64,000 bases of DNA from Octopus bimaculoides (Eukaryota). The notes under the pieces are model-generated. The model worked only from the letters and a program-made list of their open reading frames with translations. It searched no databases and had not been told where the DNA came from. The position numbers and the translations under genes are program-made. Positions 63,431 through 64,000 of this stretch are shown in pieces; the first letter of the stretch is position 1, and each line of letters begins with the position of its first letter. The DNA lies in NCBI RefSeq assembly GCF_001194135.2, contig NC_068986.1:63779458-63843457 (forward strand), written 5' to 3'.

Positions 63431-64000
63431 AGAATGATAAAAATGTTAACTACCCACATCGTGTACCACATGATGCACTAGTTTCATTACACAAAATGAT
63501 TATACTTACATAGAGAGAACGACACACAACCTCTCACTGCGCTGGCTTTCTTGCAACTGAAGCTATACAAGTTACAACAAGATGCAACAGTTGAGTTAGT
63601 ATGCATGGTTTAGAACATCTGGCAAGTTGGAAGCCTATGGTTTAGAAGTTCAAATCCCACATAAATAGACATATAACTATTCTATTGCTTCAGCATCAAT
63701 AAAATAGGTAAGAGATAGCAAAAGAAGAGTAAATATGTGCTGAATGGACAGGAATTTTGAAGTGACAGTTAAATAATTGATGACTCTTAGCTTAAATTCT
63801 GATGGAGCTATTTCTGGCTATATATCATCTCATTAAAGTAGGGATGTATCTTCCACTAATTTAACGTTGTAGTAACTGAGATAAGTAACATATCAGTTTA
63901 ATGTGCTAATCTAGGAAATTGAATTAACATAAAGCAATGGCATGATATGAGCTAAGTTTCTTCATGTTACTGATAAAATGTTGTAAAGGCTCAATAAAGA

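Overview
Eukaryotic, AT-rich, microsatellite-dense genomic DNA with scaffold gaps. The SINE and LINE repertoire looks like Octopus (inference from repeat families, not a database match). There is one host gene, on the + strand: the invertebrate p190 RhoGAP (ARHGAP35/ARHGAP5 orthologue). Its first coding exon is 4983-5385, probably preceded by 5' UTR from an acceptor near 4662. A 47.7 kb phase-1 intron (5386-53106) follows, then a second coding exon 53107-53779 covering the rest of the GTPase domain and the first FF domain. The rest of the gene lies beyond the window. The introns hold decayed mobile elements: RTE, HERO-like and L1/Tx1-like LINEs, Penelope GIY-YIG fragments, a Buster-type hAT, a TIR-complete Tc1/mariner, a deleted piggyBac, Helitron-like elements and several tRNA-derived SINE families. 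The most interesting signals are: (1) a type I hammerhead-ribozyme fold inside a 279-nt tandem unit, whose inverted copy starts at the predicted cleavage site (retrozyme/Penelope pLTR-like, 41.4-41.9 kb); (2) a second hammerhead-bearing mini-element with a 13-bp TSD just upstream of the first coding exon; (3) an RTE insertion with a 5' inversion and 12-bp TSD (twin-priming-like); (4) five upstream ATGs, one in perfect Kozak context, before the p190 start; (5) several long intronic hairpins that are plausible ADAR substrates. Family names and boundaries of decayed repeats are approximate and were judged by eye.
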